From the IMG/VR virus record IMGVR_UViG_3300028042_000003, positions 42,166-106,165 of that record: a DNA stretch of 64,000 nucleotides. One strand, written 5' to 3'. A model generated the notes under the pieces. That model did not search any database, was not told the origin of the DNA, and saw only the letters and a list, made by a program, of their open reading frames with translations. How positions within the stretch are numbered: position 1 is the stretch's first letter; the number at the start of each line of letters is the position of its first letter. Made by a program: the position numbers and the translations under genes. Positions 19,997-29,954 of the stretch are shown here, in pieces. This DNA is from a virus.

Positions 19997-20019
19997 AGTA
20001 CATAACAAAAGGAGAACAC

Positions 20020-22768
20020 ATGAACTTTACAAAAACAGAAGTCGAACAAATGAGAATCGAAATGACCGAAGCTATGAACAAAGTAGCTAAAAAATATGGA
20101 GCAGTAGCTTCTTTCGGAGGTATTCGATATGGTCTTGAAGTGACCAGTAAGGTAACAATTTCAAAAAAGACTGAAGATCAGTACGGCGAATTTACACTTA
20201 CAAAAGCAGCTAAAACACTCAAAGATAGATTACCAGTAATGGGTCTAAAAGCAGATGTTCTAAATGAACCGTTTACGTTCAAAGGCGATACAATAGTTAT
20301 CAAAGGATACAACACAAGAGCTAGAGCGTATCCAATTGAATATACTAAGAACGGACGGAATTATAAATGTTCTGTTAGTTACATGAAAGATATGGTTATA
20401 GAGAACAGACCAGAGTTGTTCCTATGAGACCTAAAATCGGAGATGTTTTTGCGATAGACAATAAAGACCCAATCACATACCATATATATTTTCAGGTAAC
20501 TAAATTACCAAGAGGTGCCGTGCATGGTAAGGTAATAAAAGTCCTAAAAATGAACCACAGCAAAGATGATGTAGGTAAAGAAGTAGTATTTCCGAAGTAC
20601 GCTGTGTTTGGTGAGTTATCTGAAAGGTGGTACAACACTATCAGATTACCTAAATCTAAATACCCGGAGTATTACTTATGAGACCTAAAATCGGAGATGT
20701 TTTTGAGGTAGAAGGTGATGCACCAACTGGTCCATTTCATATATATTTTCAGGTAACTAAATTACCAAGAGGACACGTCCATGGCAAGGCACTAAAAATA
20801 CTCAAAATGAACCACAATAACTATAAAGTAGGTGATATAGTGGCATGGCCGAAACGAGCTTTGTTTGGTGAACTAACACAAAGATGGTATGATGTAACTA
20901 GATTACCTAAATCTAAATACCCGGAGTATTACTTATGAGAATAAAACCTATGAAAATAACTAAAATTGGGTTATACAAAACTAGATCAGGAGATATAACA
21001 GAAATTGTCGATATTCGTGACGAACATCTTGGTATTTGGCCTATTATTGACAAAGGTGGTTTTTCATATACCAGATATGGTGGGGCTTCTTCAAATTATA
21101 ATTCACAAGATGATAAACCAGCAGAAGAACACCACCGAGATGTTGATTTGGTAGAATACATATCACAAGAAACCCATCCGGAGTATTACCTATGAAACTA
21201 AATCAAACAAAAATAAATAAATTTTATCTAATTACTAGTGAATTGACCCAATGGAACAATGCTGTTGTAAAAATCACCAAAGCTTCAGAACAAAATCGGA
21301 AGTCTGTTCAGTTGGACGTTATATCCACTTCACATGGACTAGTAGAACTAGGCCCAACTGTTATCAGTATAGATTCCGTCATTGGTGAGCATGGAATTTA
21401 CACAGAAATTACCCAAGAAAAAGACCCAGAAAGGTTCCTATGAGATACGAAGACCTAGATAAATTAGAGGTTGGTATGATGGTATCAGTTTCAGCTAAAG
21501 ATGGTTTATTCACTGAACATCCAATCGGCATCATAGCAAAACTACAACCCAATAAATCTTACCAAGTAGTGGTAGACTTCAAAATCAAAGGCGTACCTTT
21601 CAAAATAACAGAAATTGATAAGATTCTATCAAAAGAAGAATACCCGGAGTACCATCTATGAGCTGGAGAACACTAGGCACCAAAGTTGATATCAGTGATG
21701 CTAAAATAGACCATATTTACCGTATTTGGACTGACGGTGGACGGTTCCAAGAACTAATAAGAATTACCAAATTATCCACAGACATCAAAACTCAAGATAA
21801 AAACGTACTATGTGAAACACTAGCAGGAGAACCAGGTTATCACATGGAGTGGAATGTTTCTGCTACAGATGGTGAATTTTTCTATATTGGGAATAAAGAA
21901 ACCCATCCAGAGTATTATCTTTAATGTGTTTGTAAGGTATATTATGTTATAATAGTAAAAGGAATAAAAATGACCAAACAAGAACAAGAACAAGAACCAA
22001 AGTTCAAAGTAGGAGAGTTATGGAGACCATACCCAATAGAGCATTGGTCTTTACAAGCAGAAGGTCGAACAGAAGACTTCTGTAAGGGCAAAAAATTCAA
22101 ACAAGGCTTGACTTTAGAAATGGTGGGAACAATAAAAAACCAAGAACCCATCAAAATAACCACTGTCAGGAATGATCATATAGTAGCTAATGATGGTGGC
22201 TTTTCATGGGATATGCACTCACTAGGGGAGAAGCTAACAATAGAAGAATACCCGGAGTATTACCTATGACTCGTATAGTAAAAAACCTTCAGGAACTACG
22301 GAAGCTATTGGTACCAGAAGCTGTTGTTGAACACTACGAAAAGGGAACTTACCAGTTCCCTTCACTTTTCCAAATTGAAGATGGTAGGTTTCTTGGACAC
22401 CAACAACTATCAACAAAGGGTAAAATGCACTCATATGAACAACTCGCAGACTGGGGCTTTGATACCAGCGAGATAGACCAATTTTACAAAAAATATCCGG
22501 AGTATTTATTATGAATGAAACAGATGAAATAGAAAAGTTACATAAAAAAATGAATATAAACTCAATGTATGGAAGCTATGGAAGCTATAGGGATACGATA
22601 CCTACAAGCGCAGCAATAGCAATGGCTGTACATAGAGCTGGGCTTTACGCTGAGATTCAAACAATCAAAAAACATAACCCATTATCAAAAGAAGATAAAG
22701 AACGAATAGCAGAACTAAAGAACGAAGTAAAACACCACGAATTATATTATCCGGAGTATTACCTATGA
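20020..22768 (+). other. Array 1: ten small ORFs ending PExxL-stop (20020-20427, 20424-20681, 20678-20938, 20935-21195, 21192-21443, 21440-21661, 21658-21924, 21970-22269, 22266-22514, 22511-22768)
   Basis: C-termini RPELFL, YPEYYL, YPEYYL, HPEYYL, DPERFL, YPEYHL, HPEYYL, YPEYYL, YPEYLL, YPEYYL; mostly ATGA stop/start overlaps. Confidence 0.9.
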
Positions 22769-23301
22769 TGGTATTTTCACAGATGCATATGTCCATCGTA
22801 AATGTAGCATTCTCATTTAGTCACAATGAACTAACTCACATCAAAGATAACAGTATAGAGAGAGACCAATACCTTTTCAAATATAAGAGGTGGGAAACCA
22901 TGCCATCCATGGATTTCAAATTTTTACTTTTACAATTGACTTACAAATACCATGCTAATAAATTTGATTTATTCAAGCTTCTAAATGAAATAACACCAGA
23001 AGAACTACAAGAACTGAAACTAGAAAAACAAAAAATCATTTTATATACAAAAACACTTCAAGAAGATATGGATCTACTCAAAACAAAAGTAATAACTCCA
23101 GCTTTGGTGTCGAAATTATTCACTAATAAAGAAATTTCTATATTGGGGTTTTATTATTATATGTGGCATTTCAAAGTAGCAAAAAAACTATCAAGAATTC
23201 AAGAAAGGAAACTAAAACAAGTCCAGCTATTTTTCAAATTTCTACCCAAAATTGAAAACCATATAGCTACAATTTACGAACGAAACCAACGTCAGATATG
23301 A
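22765..23301 (+). CDS. Putative helicase loader (T4 gp59-like)
   Basis: Size and position near clamp-loader and helicase genes; weak resemblance only (KLFTNKEISILGFYY). Confidence 0.45.
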   Translation: MMVFSQMHMSIVNVAFSFSHNELTHIKDNSIERDQYLFKYKRWETMPSMDFKFLLLQLTYKYHANKFDLFKLLNEITPEELQELKLEKQKIILYTKTLQEDMDLLKTKVITPALVSKLFTNKEISILGFYYYMWHFKVAKKLSRIQERKLKQVQLFFKFLPKIENHIATIYERNQRQI

Positions 23302-23354
23302 AAACTTTAAGAATAAAAGTGTATAATTAGTAATAAGAAAACAAAGGAATAAAA

Positions 23355-24293
23355 ATGTTATCAGTAAACGAAAAAGAATTTATTTGGATTGAAAAATACA
23401 GACCAAAAAATATCGACGATATAGTCCTTCCAGAAGCAGTAAAGAATGATGTGAAAGCATGGATAAAACAAGGTGAGATTCCTAACCTTTTGTTATCAGG
23501 TAAGATTCCTGGGACAGGTAAGACTTCTTTATGTCATACAATTATTGAAGAACTCGGAGCAGATGCTTTATTCGTCAATGCCAGTCTTGAGAGTAATATT
23601 GACCTACTAAGAAATAGAATACTTGGGTTTGTATCCACCGCCAGCTTTGATGATAGACCTAAAATTGTAGTTCTAGATGAAGCAGATTTCTTGAACCCAA
23701 ATTCTACCCAACCTGCCTTACGTGGATTTATTGAAAAGTTCAGTAAAAACGCTAGATTTATATTGACTTGTAATTATAAAAATAAACTAATTGAACCTCT
23801 AAGAAATAGACTTATTGAAATTGATTATGACGAGATGTACCAAAATAACAAAGCAGATATGCTAAAACAAACGGCAAAAAGAACCATAGAGATTCTGAAA
23901 AACGAGGAAATCAAATACGAAATGGCTGATCTAAAGTGGTTGTTGCAACACTTCTATCCAAGTAACAGAAAGATCATCAACTCATTACAAGAATACAGTA
24001 ACACTGGTGCTCTTTTGATAAACAAAGATGAAGCAGACCAGGACTCCCTAGCAAGCTTGGTAATTGAAAACATCATGAAAAAAGACTTCAAAGGTCTAAA
24101 AGCAACTATAGAAAAAACTGCTGATAGTTCAAGTATCTTCAGAATGTTATATGACCAAATAGAAACGTTTCCACTTGCGGTAAGACCACAAATCATAGTA
24201 TGTATTGCTAAATACCAAAGCTACGACAGCATGGTAAGGGACCGTAATATCAATTCAGTTGCGTGTGCTACTGAAGTTATGAGCATCATATGA
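23355..24293 (+). CDS. gp44: Sliding-clamp loader large subunit (T4 gp44)
   Basis: WIEKYRPKNIDDIVLP, GKIPGTGKTS Walker A, VVLDEAD Walker B, RFILTCN. Confidence 0.92.
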   Translation: MLSVNEKEFIWIEKYRPKNIDDIVLPEAVKNDVKAWIKQGEIPNLLLSGKIPGTGKTSLCHTIIEELGADALFVNASLESNIDLLRNRILGFVSTASFDDRPKIVVLDEADFLNPNSTQPALRGFIEKFSKNARFILTCNYKNKLIEPLRNRLIEIDYDEMYQNNKADMLKQTAKRTIEILKNEEIKYEMADLKWLLQHFYPSNRKIINSLQEYSNTGALLINKDEADQDSLASLVIENIMKKDFKGLKATIEKTADSSSIFRMLYDQIETFPLAVRPQIIVCIAKYQSYDSMVRDRNINSVACATEVMSII

Positions 24294-24763
24294 GTTGGGT
24301 AGATTGGCCTGAGGACGAGGCTACACCCCAAGAGGAAAAAGTATCCACGGCCCCAAAAGGCTTGACTTCTTGGCAGGTAATGTCTAGTTTATTCAAACCT
24401 GAGATAAAACCTAACAAAGAAGAAATAGCTGGAATCAATAGTTTCTTTTTGTGTTCTTATTTGAGTAACAACAGACACTCTATGCCTATAGCATCAGCAT
24501 TGAACCTTTGGTATAACATTCCAGTTCCGGTGCAGTATAGATTTGCTAAAGATTATAGTGATATGGTAGGTATGGCAAAGAAGATAAAGTTCATTAGCTT
24601 CAGCAAGAAAAAACTACCAGAAGAAATGATAAAGATTATAGATAATATTAGTAAAATTTATAATATCAACAACCAAACTGCTATGGAATATTTCAACTTG
24701 ATGTCAGATGATGAAAGAAACAAGATGTATAACTTCTATGAACATGGAATTCAAAAGGGATAA
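24290..24763 (+). CDS. gp62: Clamp loader small subunit (T4 gp62-like)
   Basis: INSFFLCSYLS...LN...IPVPVQYRF...ISKIYNINNQTAMEY pattern, directly after gp44. Confidence 0.75.
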   Translation: MSWVDWPEDEATPQEEKVSTAPKGLTSWQVMSSLFKPEIKPNKEEIAGINSFFLCSYLSNNRHSMPIASALNLWYNIPVPVQYRFAKDYSDMVGMAKKIKFISFSKKKLPEEMIKIIDNISKIYNINNQTAMEYFNLMSDDERNKMYNFYEHGIQKG

Positions 24764-24765
24764 AA

Positions 24766-26112
24766 ATGGAACAAGAACAACCAGAACAAGATATAAAACA
24801 TATCCTAGAAACGGAAGTAATAACTAATCTTCTAAAAGACAAAAAGTATTTCACTACAGTAATACACCAATTAGAACCTGATACATTCACGGATCCAGGT
24901 TGTAGAACAACTTTTGAACACATCAAAGAGTATTACCTAGAATATACCAGTGTACCAAATCTAAAAGAGCTTCTTTTGACGTTCAAAGACGCCACAAAGG
25001 AAATAAAGCAACAAGTCAAACCTATTATTGTTCAAGCCCAAGGTGGCTCTAATATCAATTCTGATTTGTTAGTGGACCTTACAGAAAAATTTATCAAAAT
25101 GAGTAAATTTGCTAAGGCTATTATCAAAGGGGCAGATGCTTTAGGTTCACACGATGAAGAACTAATGACAGAATCATACGCCCTAGCAGAAGAAGCCATC
25201 AAAGTATCACTAAGTGAAGACCTGGGAGTAGGGTTAGATGAAATTGAAAAAGTATTCCTGGAGTTCAAAGACAAACCTGGTATCAAGTTGGATATTCCAA
25301 GCTTTGACCAAATGATAGGATCTGGATTTACACCCAAAACACTCCACGCGGTAATGGCTGCATCAGGTGTAGGTAAATCAGCAGCAATGGTAGCATTTGC
25401 TGTACAATGGTTACTTCAAGGTAGAGATGTGGTTATAGCATCACTTGAAATGTCAGAAGCCGAAATGTATAAAAGAATATACGCAAATCTTTATGATATT
25501 GACATTGCCACATTGGGAACTATAGACCAACAAGTAATCAAAGTAAAATTTGAAGCCATCAAAGGTAAAATTGGTAGACTAGTGGTAAAAGAATTTCCAA
25601 CGGGTGGATTGACACCCCTAGGGTTGGATAGTTTCTTGGATAAACTCAAGACAGAGAAAGACATGGAAAAGCCGATAGTAATGGTGGATTATTTAGGTAT
25701 TATGGCCAGTGACAGAATGAAGAGTTTAGATAATAGTTATGCTTACTTTGGTTCAATCGCAGAAGAACTAAGAGCGATAGCACAAAAAAGAGATATTGTT
25801 ATGTTCACTGCGTTACAACTGAACAGAGGGGCTATCAACAACTTAGAAGCAGATCAAAGTGCTCTAGCGGAGAGTATGCGCATACTTATGATCCTGGATA
25901 GTGCATTTATTATTGCTCAAACACCTCAAATGAAAGAAGAGGGCAAAATGAAGATCAATTTCGTTAAAAACAGAATGGCCGGAAAGACTTGGAGCTTCGA
26001 TATCTCCTTCGATTACCGTAAATTTCGATTTGTGGACACTTTCAGTGTAAATGGTGATAATGTCACCGCAGGTGAGAATGACTTTGCTTCTCAACTAGCT
26101 GGTTTGATGTAA
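24766..26112 (+). CDS. gp41: Replicative DNA helicase (T4 gp41, DnaB family)
   Basis: AASGVGKS Walker A, ASLEMSE, VMVDYLGIM, TALQLNRG, KNRM. Confidence 0.92.
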   Translation: MEQEQPEQDIKHILETEVITNLLKDKKYFTTVIHQLEPDTFTDPGCRTTFEHIKEYYLEYTSVPNLKELLLTFKDATKEIKQQVKPIIVQAQGGSNINSDLLVDLTEKFIKMSKFAKAIIKGADALGSHDEELMTESYALAEEAIKVSLSEDLGVGLDEIEKVFLEFKDKPGIKLDIPSFDQMIGSGFTPKTLHAVMAASGVGKSAAMVAFAVQWLLQGRDVVIASLEMSEAEMYKRIYANLYDIDIATLGTIDQQVIKVKFEAIKGKIGRLVVKEFPTGGLTPLGLDSFLDKLKTEKDMEKPIVMVDYLGIMASDRMKSLDNSYAYFGSIAEELRAIAQKRDIVMFTALQLNRGAINNLEADQSALAESMRILMILDSAFIIAQTPQMKEEGKMKINFVKNRMAGKTWSFDISFDYRKFRFVDTFSVNGDNVTAGENDFASQLAGLM

Positions 26113-26984
26113 TGAAAGAGATTCTTCATCCAGAAAAAGTTCACGACATTATTCTCAAAAGTGGAAAAATAAACTCAAATAAGGCGAAGCTTTATAAGCC
26201 TCATGATGACTGGTATTGGTGTGACACTATTTCTGAGTATGTATATTGCGTAAGAAACAATATAACGTCATTTCCGAAATGCAAAAATAAAGTATGTAAT
26301 GAAATTAGAACGTGGACTCGCTCAATAAAAACTGGGTATTCGAATACTTGTAGCTGGAAATGTGATTATGAGCATAAAAAGCAATCAACCAAAACCCAAG
26401 AAATTACAAAAGAAGACATACCAACATTATATAAATCAGACAATAAAATAGACCAAAGCAAAACATTGGCGTTTCATTTACCAAACAATCATTGGGCAAA
26501 AACATTTTCGGAGTGGGTTTACTGTATGAATAATAACGTATTATCACAACCGTCATGTTCGTGTGGTTCACCATTGAGATATCATGGCAGTAGTGGTTAT
26601 TCAAAAAAATTCTGTTCGTACGAGTGTTCAAATTCATCAAAAATTACAAAATCAAAAATGACAGCATCTCGACGAGCTAATGGTGGGTGGAGATCAGAAG
26701 ATGAAATAAGTGATTATAGTGTTTACACGTCTCTTATAGAATTCTTTACTTCAAAACAAAAAATATATAACCTACCAAATGTCGAAAATCGAGGGAAATG
26801 TGGCGTTGAAGGAGCATATCAACTAGACCACATAATTTCTAAAAAGGAGGGGTTCAAAAGAAGTATTCTTCCACATATCATAGGTGATATCAAAAATCTT
26901 CAAATTATTCCATGGGAACAAAACCAAAAGAAGCGAGATCAATGTTACTCAATTATTGAATACTGTAACCATATCGCAACCTAA
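26112..26984 (+). mobile_element. HNH homing endonuclease with two N-terminal Cys-rich repeats
   Basis: C-terminal YQLDHIISKKEGF...KNLQIIPWEQNQKK; repeats SEYVYCVRNNITSFPKC and SEWVYCMNNNVLSQPSC. Confidence 0.75.
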
Positions 26985-27373
26985 CGGTGAGTTCTAATAC
27001 GCTTACCACCAACAGTTTTACCTGATTTACGCTTCTTAGCCGCTTTTTTTCTATAGCGTTTATGTTTAGCTTTATTTTTCTTGTAATTTTGTTTAGCTTT
27101 CTTAGCTAGTTTACGCTTAGCTGATTTATTTACTTTTTTATTACGATTCATTTTTGATTTAGTCATCTTCATTTTTTTAGGTGATGCTTCGTCTAGGTCA
27201 TCTTCGGTATCGTACTTATCTTCAATAAATTCTAGGATGCTTTCCATTAGGTCGTCATATAGATCTGGTTCAATATCTTCAATGAGGCCAATGAGGTCTT
27301 CTTTTGTTATATCTTCAACTTCTTGATCTAGTATTTCTTGATCTATTTCTTCTAATAAATATGCTTTGAACAT
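26981..27373 (-). CDS. Prohead core/internal protein (T4 gp67/gp68-like): acidic N-half, very basic C-half
   Basis: MFKAYLLEE start resembles T4 capsid-targeting/gp21-cleavage sequences; late promoter TATAAATA at 27406-27413. Confidence 0.55.
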   Translation of the reverse strand: MFKAYLLEEIDQEILDQEVEDITKEDLIGLIEDIEPDLYDDLMESILEFIEDKYDTEDDLDEASPKKMKMTKSKMNRNKKVNKSAKRKLAKKAKQNYKKNKAKHKRYRKKAAKKRKSGKTVGGKRIRTHR

Positions 27374-27430
27374 TGTGATTCCTTTAAGGTTTATATGTTA
27401 TAATGTATTTATAAAACATAAAGGTATCAA

Positions 27431-27769
27431 ATGAAAACAGAAACACATAAAGAACAAATAACAGCTCCGGAAGTATCAGACACAGAAATTGTTGAAAATT
27501 TAGTATCAGAATACTACGCAAAACACCAAGAGTCTCCATTCAAAGACTTCCAAATGAAAGACGATGAACAAATGGCTGTGGATATGGATAGCGATTTCGA
27601 AGCTACAATACTTGCGGCATTTGGTGATGAGTCATCAAGAGTATTGGGTGATTATGTAGGTGACCTTATCAGAAATCTTATGGAAAACCTATCTGAAGAA
27701 GAACTTACAGAACTAAAAAAACTACAAGCCAAAGAAGATTGTGATTCAGACGAGTGTTGTAAAAACTAA
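27431..27769 (+). CDS. Hypothetical acidic protein
   Basis: ORF with promoter (27383) and RBS. Confidence 0.6.
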   Translation: MKTETHKEQITAPEVSDTEIVENLVSEYYAKHQESPFKDFQMKDDEQMAVDMDSDFEATILAAFGDESSRVLGDYVGDLIRNLMENLSEEELTELKKLQAKEDCDSDECCKN

Positions 27770-27778
27770 AGGACTATA

Positions 27779-27970
27779 ATGAAAATCCAAGAACAAAAAA
27801 TAAATGAACAAGTGGTTGATCTTACAGAAATCAATCGCCAACAAGCAGACTATATTATCGAATTGGAAATGGAACTGGCAGATCTAACAGATAAATGGAA
27901 GTACCTAAAAGAAGAAATGGAAGACATAACCAAAGAAACACAAATAAGAGAGGAAACAAATGCAATCTAA
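27779..27970 (+). CDS. Hypothetical coiled-coil protein
   Basis: AAGGA RBS; heptad pattern. Confidence 0.55.
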   Translation: MKIQEQKINEQVVDLTEINRQQADYIIELEMELADLTDKWKYLKEEMEDITKETQIREETNAI

Positions 27971-28259
27971 GCCAACAGAAATCAAAATTACTAAGCTAAT
28001 CACAAACCAAATCATCTTGGGCAAGACAATAGAAACAGAGACTCACATCACCATAACTGATCCATACATGATTATACCATCAGTGAGTGAACTTCAAATT
28101 TTCCCATATGATGAAGCTATCCTGGGTAAGAAATTAGAAGAAATCAAAGTACCAATTGATAACACTATTTACACTACAGAAGCACCACAAAAAATCAAAA
28201 CAATCTATCTAGAAGATAAAATGAATCTAGTAACGCCAGATAAAAAGATCATTCTGTGA
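27960..28259 (+). CDS. Hypothetical protein, possibly Sm-like fold conserved in T4-like phages
   Basis: IKITKLITNQIILG...ITITDPYMI beta-rich pattern. Confidence 0.5.
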   Translation: MQSKPTEIKITKLITNQIILGKTIETETHITITDPYMIIPSVSELQIFPYDEAILGKKLEEIKVPIDNTIYTTEAPQKIKTIYLEDKMNLVTPDKKIIL

Positions 28260-28873
28260 ATGTGACTCTATTACATCATACTCCACTTACCATTACAGAC
28301 CAAGCAATATCTAAGTGCTGGGACAAAGAATGTGACATAAACAACCCAAACGAAGAAAAAATCAATAGAGTTGTAAATAAATTCAAGCACCAATCAACAG
28401 TTGAGCACTTGTCTTACAACTTCGAGATCAAAGGGGTGAGTAGAGCGTTACTACAAGAATTAGCAAGACATAGAATTGCTTCTTACTCGGTGAAGTCTAC
28501 TAGATATACTCTCAAAGAACTCAAAAAAGAACTCACTTTCAATGACTTCAGTAATGACTTCCAGTATAAACGCTCTAGGGAATATGTGGTGTACACAGAA
28601 AACCAGGCCGTAGACGAAGCTATTTTCTATGCGTTAGCAGAACTCCAAGTACTTATCAAAGCTGGTATAAGTAATGACGTAGCTAAATACGCATTACCAG
28701 AGGCATATAAAACAGAACTTATTTGGACGGTCAACGCAAGATCACTGAAAAACTTTCTAAGCCTAAGAACAGATAAATCGGCTTTATGGGAAATAAGAAA
28801 TTTAGCGCATAAAGTGTATAGGACTATACCAGAAGATCATAAGTTTATTTTCACAAATGATGTAAAAATTTAA
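28256..28873 (+). CDS. thyX: FAD-dependent thymidylate synthase ThyX
   Basis: HQSTVEH, QELARHRIASYSVKSTRY, NARSLKNFLSLR. Confidence 0.95.
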   Translation: MNVTLLHHTPLTITDQAISKCWDKECDINNPNEEKINRVVNKFKHQSTVEHLSYNFEIKGVSRALLQELARHRIASYSVKSTRYTLKELKKELTFNDFSNDFQYKRSREYVVYTENQAVDEAIFYALAELQVLIKAGISNDVAKYALPEAYKTELIWTVNARSLKNFLSLRTDKSALWEIRNLAHKVYRTIPEDHKFIFTNDVKI

Positions 28874-28928
28874 TGTTCCTCTAAGGTATGTTATGTTATA
28901 ATAGTAAACAAAAATAAAAAGGCAACAA

Positions 28929-29699
28929 ATGAAATTATCAGTACCAACACCAACACTATTCCCAGAAGACAACTCAATACATGCAGAGCATCACTCATTA
29001 TTTTGGGAAAATAAACCCCATGAGATGTTACCACTAGGTGAAGAAGCACCAGGCTTTTTTGAAGAACAAAAACCATTTACGATTTTCAAACTATTCCTTG
29101 GCGACTTTGGAGAAAATGGAAACGGAATGCAGCGTATCATCAACAAACTACAATCAGCAAAACCAGAAGATGTACTTGAGTTTCATATTTCAAGCCATGG
29201 TGGATTTGTAGAAGAACTCCTTGAGCTTTATAACCTTTGTGACACTATGTTCCACGGTAAAGTAGTCACTTTCGTAAACTTTGGTTACTCAGCAGGTGGT
29301 TGGGCATTCCTAATTGGTAAAGAGAGAGTAGTATATGAACACAGTGACTTGATGTTCCACAGTTACTCAGGTGGTGCTTACGGTAAACGTGACGATATGA
29401 TAAACCATCTTGAGCACAGTGATAAAAGAATCAACACTTTCCTTCTTGGAACACTTGAACCTTACTTCACAAAGAAAGAAATTAAGAAAATGAATAAAGG
29501 TAAAGATTACTGGTTGAACAGTACACAAATGCTTGAGCGTGGAATTGCTACTCACATAATGCTAAAAGGGAAAATTGTCCCAGCAGATGAGTTCTTGAAT
29601 CCAAAGTCAGAAAAAGAAAAAGCTAAAGAAGCCAAAGCATTAGAAAAAGCAATAGCAAAAGCGAGAAAAGCAGCAGAAGCAGCAGCAAAGGTAAAATAA
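28929..29699 (+). CDS. ClpP-family serine protease
   Basis: FHISSHGG, GYSAGGWAFLIG (catalytic Ser), LMFHSYSGG (His), DYWLNSTQMLERGIAT. Confidence 0.8.
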   Translation: MKLSVPTPTLFPEDNSIHAEHHSLFWENKPHEMLPLGEEAPGFFEEQKPFTIFKLFLGDFGENGNGMQRIINKLQSAKPEDVLEFHISSHGGFVEELLELYNLCDTMFHGKVVTFVNFGYSAGGWAFLIGKERVVYEHSDLMFHSYSGGAYGKRDDMINHLEHSDKRINTFLLGTLEPYFTKKEIKKMNKGKDYWLNSTQMLERGIATHIMLKGKIVPADEFLNPKSEKEKAKEAKALEKAIAKARKAAEAAAKVK

Positions 29700-29911
29700 T
29701 GACCTACTCTCAAGAAGACCTCAGTAATTACCTAAGAGAAAAATACTTCAAAGATGACTACATGGGCTTCGGCCTGGAGTCTGGGTATTACACTCTTAGC
29801 GTAAACGGTAAAAAATATGAAATCAAAATAGAAACATTCCAGCAATACCAAGACCTCCAGGATTACGTAGAAACTGAATTCTTGAAAAAGTTCCCTGAAT
29901 TGTTTTTGTAA
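29699..29911 (+). CDS. Small PExxL-tailed protein (singleton)
   Basis: Ends KKFPELFL-stop and is followed by a promoter, not a coupled gene. Confidence 0.75.
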   Translation: MTYSQEDLSNYLREKYFKDDYMGFGLESGYYTLSVNGKKYEIKIETFQQYQDLQDYVETEFLKKFPELFL

Positions 29912-29954
29912 GAAAACATAAAGACTATTATGTTATAATATAAAAAGGAAACAA

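Noticed and set aside
20424-20938. Tandem paralogs as a diversity-generating retroelement template/variable pair
   Set aside because: Differences are not restricted to adenines and include an indel; no reverse transcriptase is in the window.
22206-22265. Upstream extensions of ORFs in the track (22206, 43879, 7517, 18397, 17868, 33091, 63042)
   Set aside because: Better-supported starts with an RBS or stop/start coupling lie downstream (22266, 43930, 7550, 18352, 17811, 33148, 63069).
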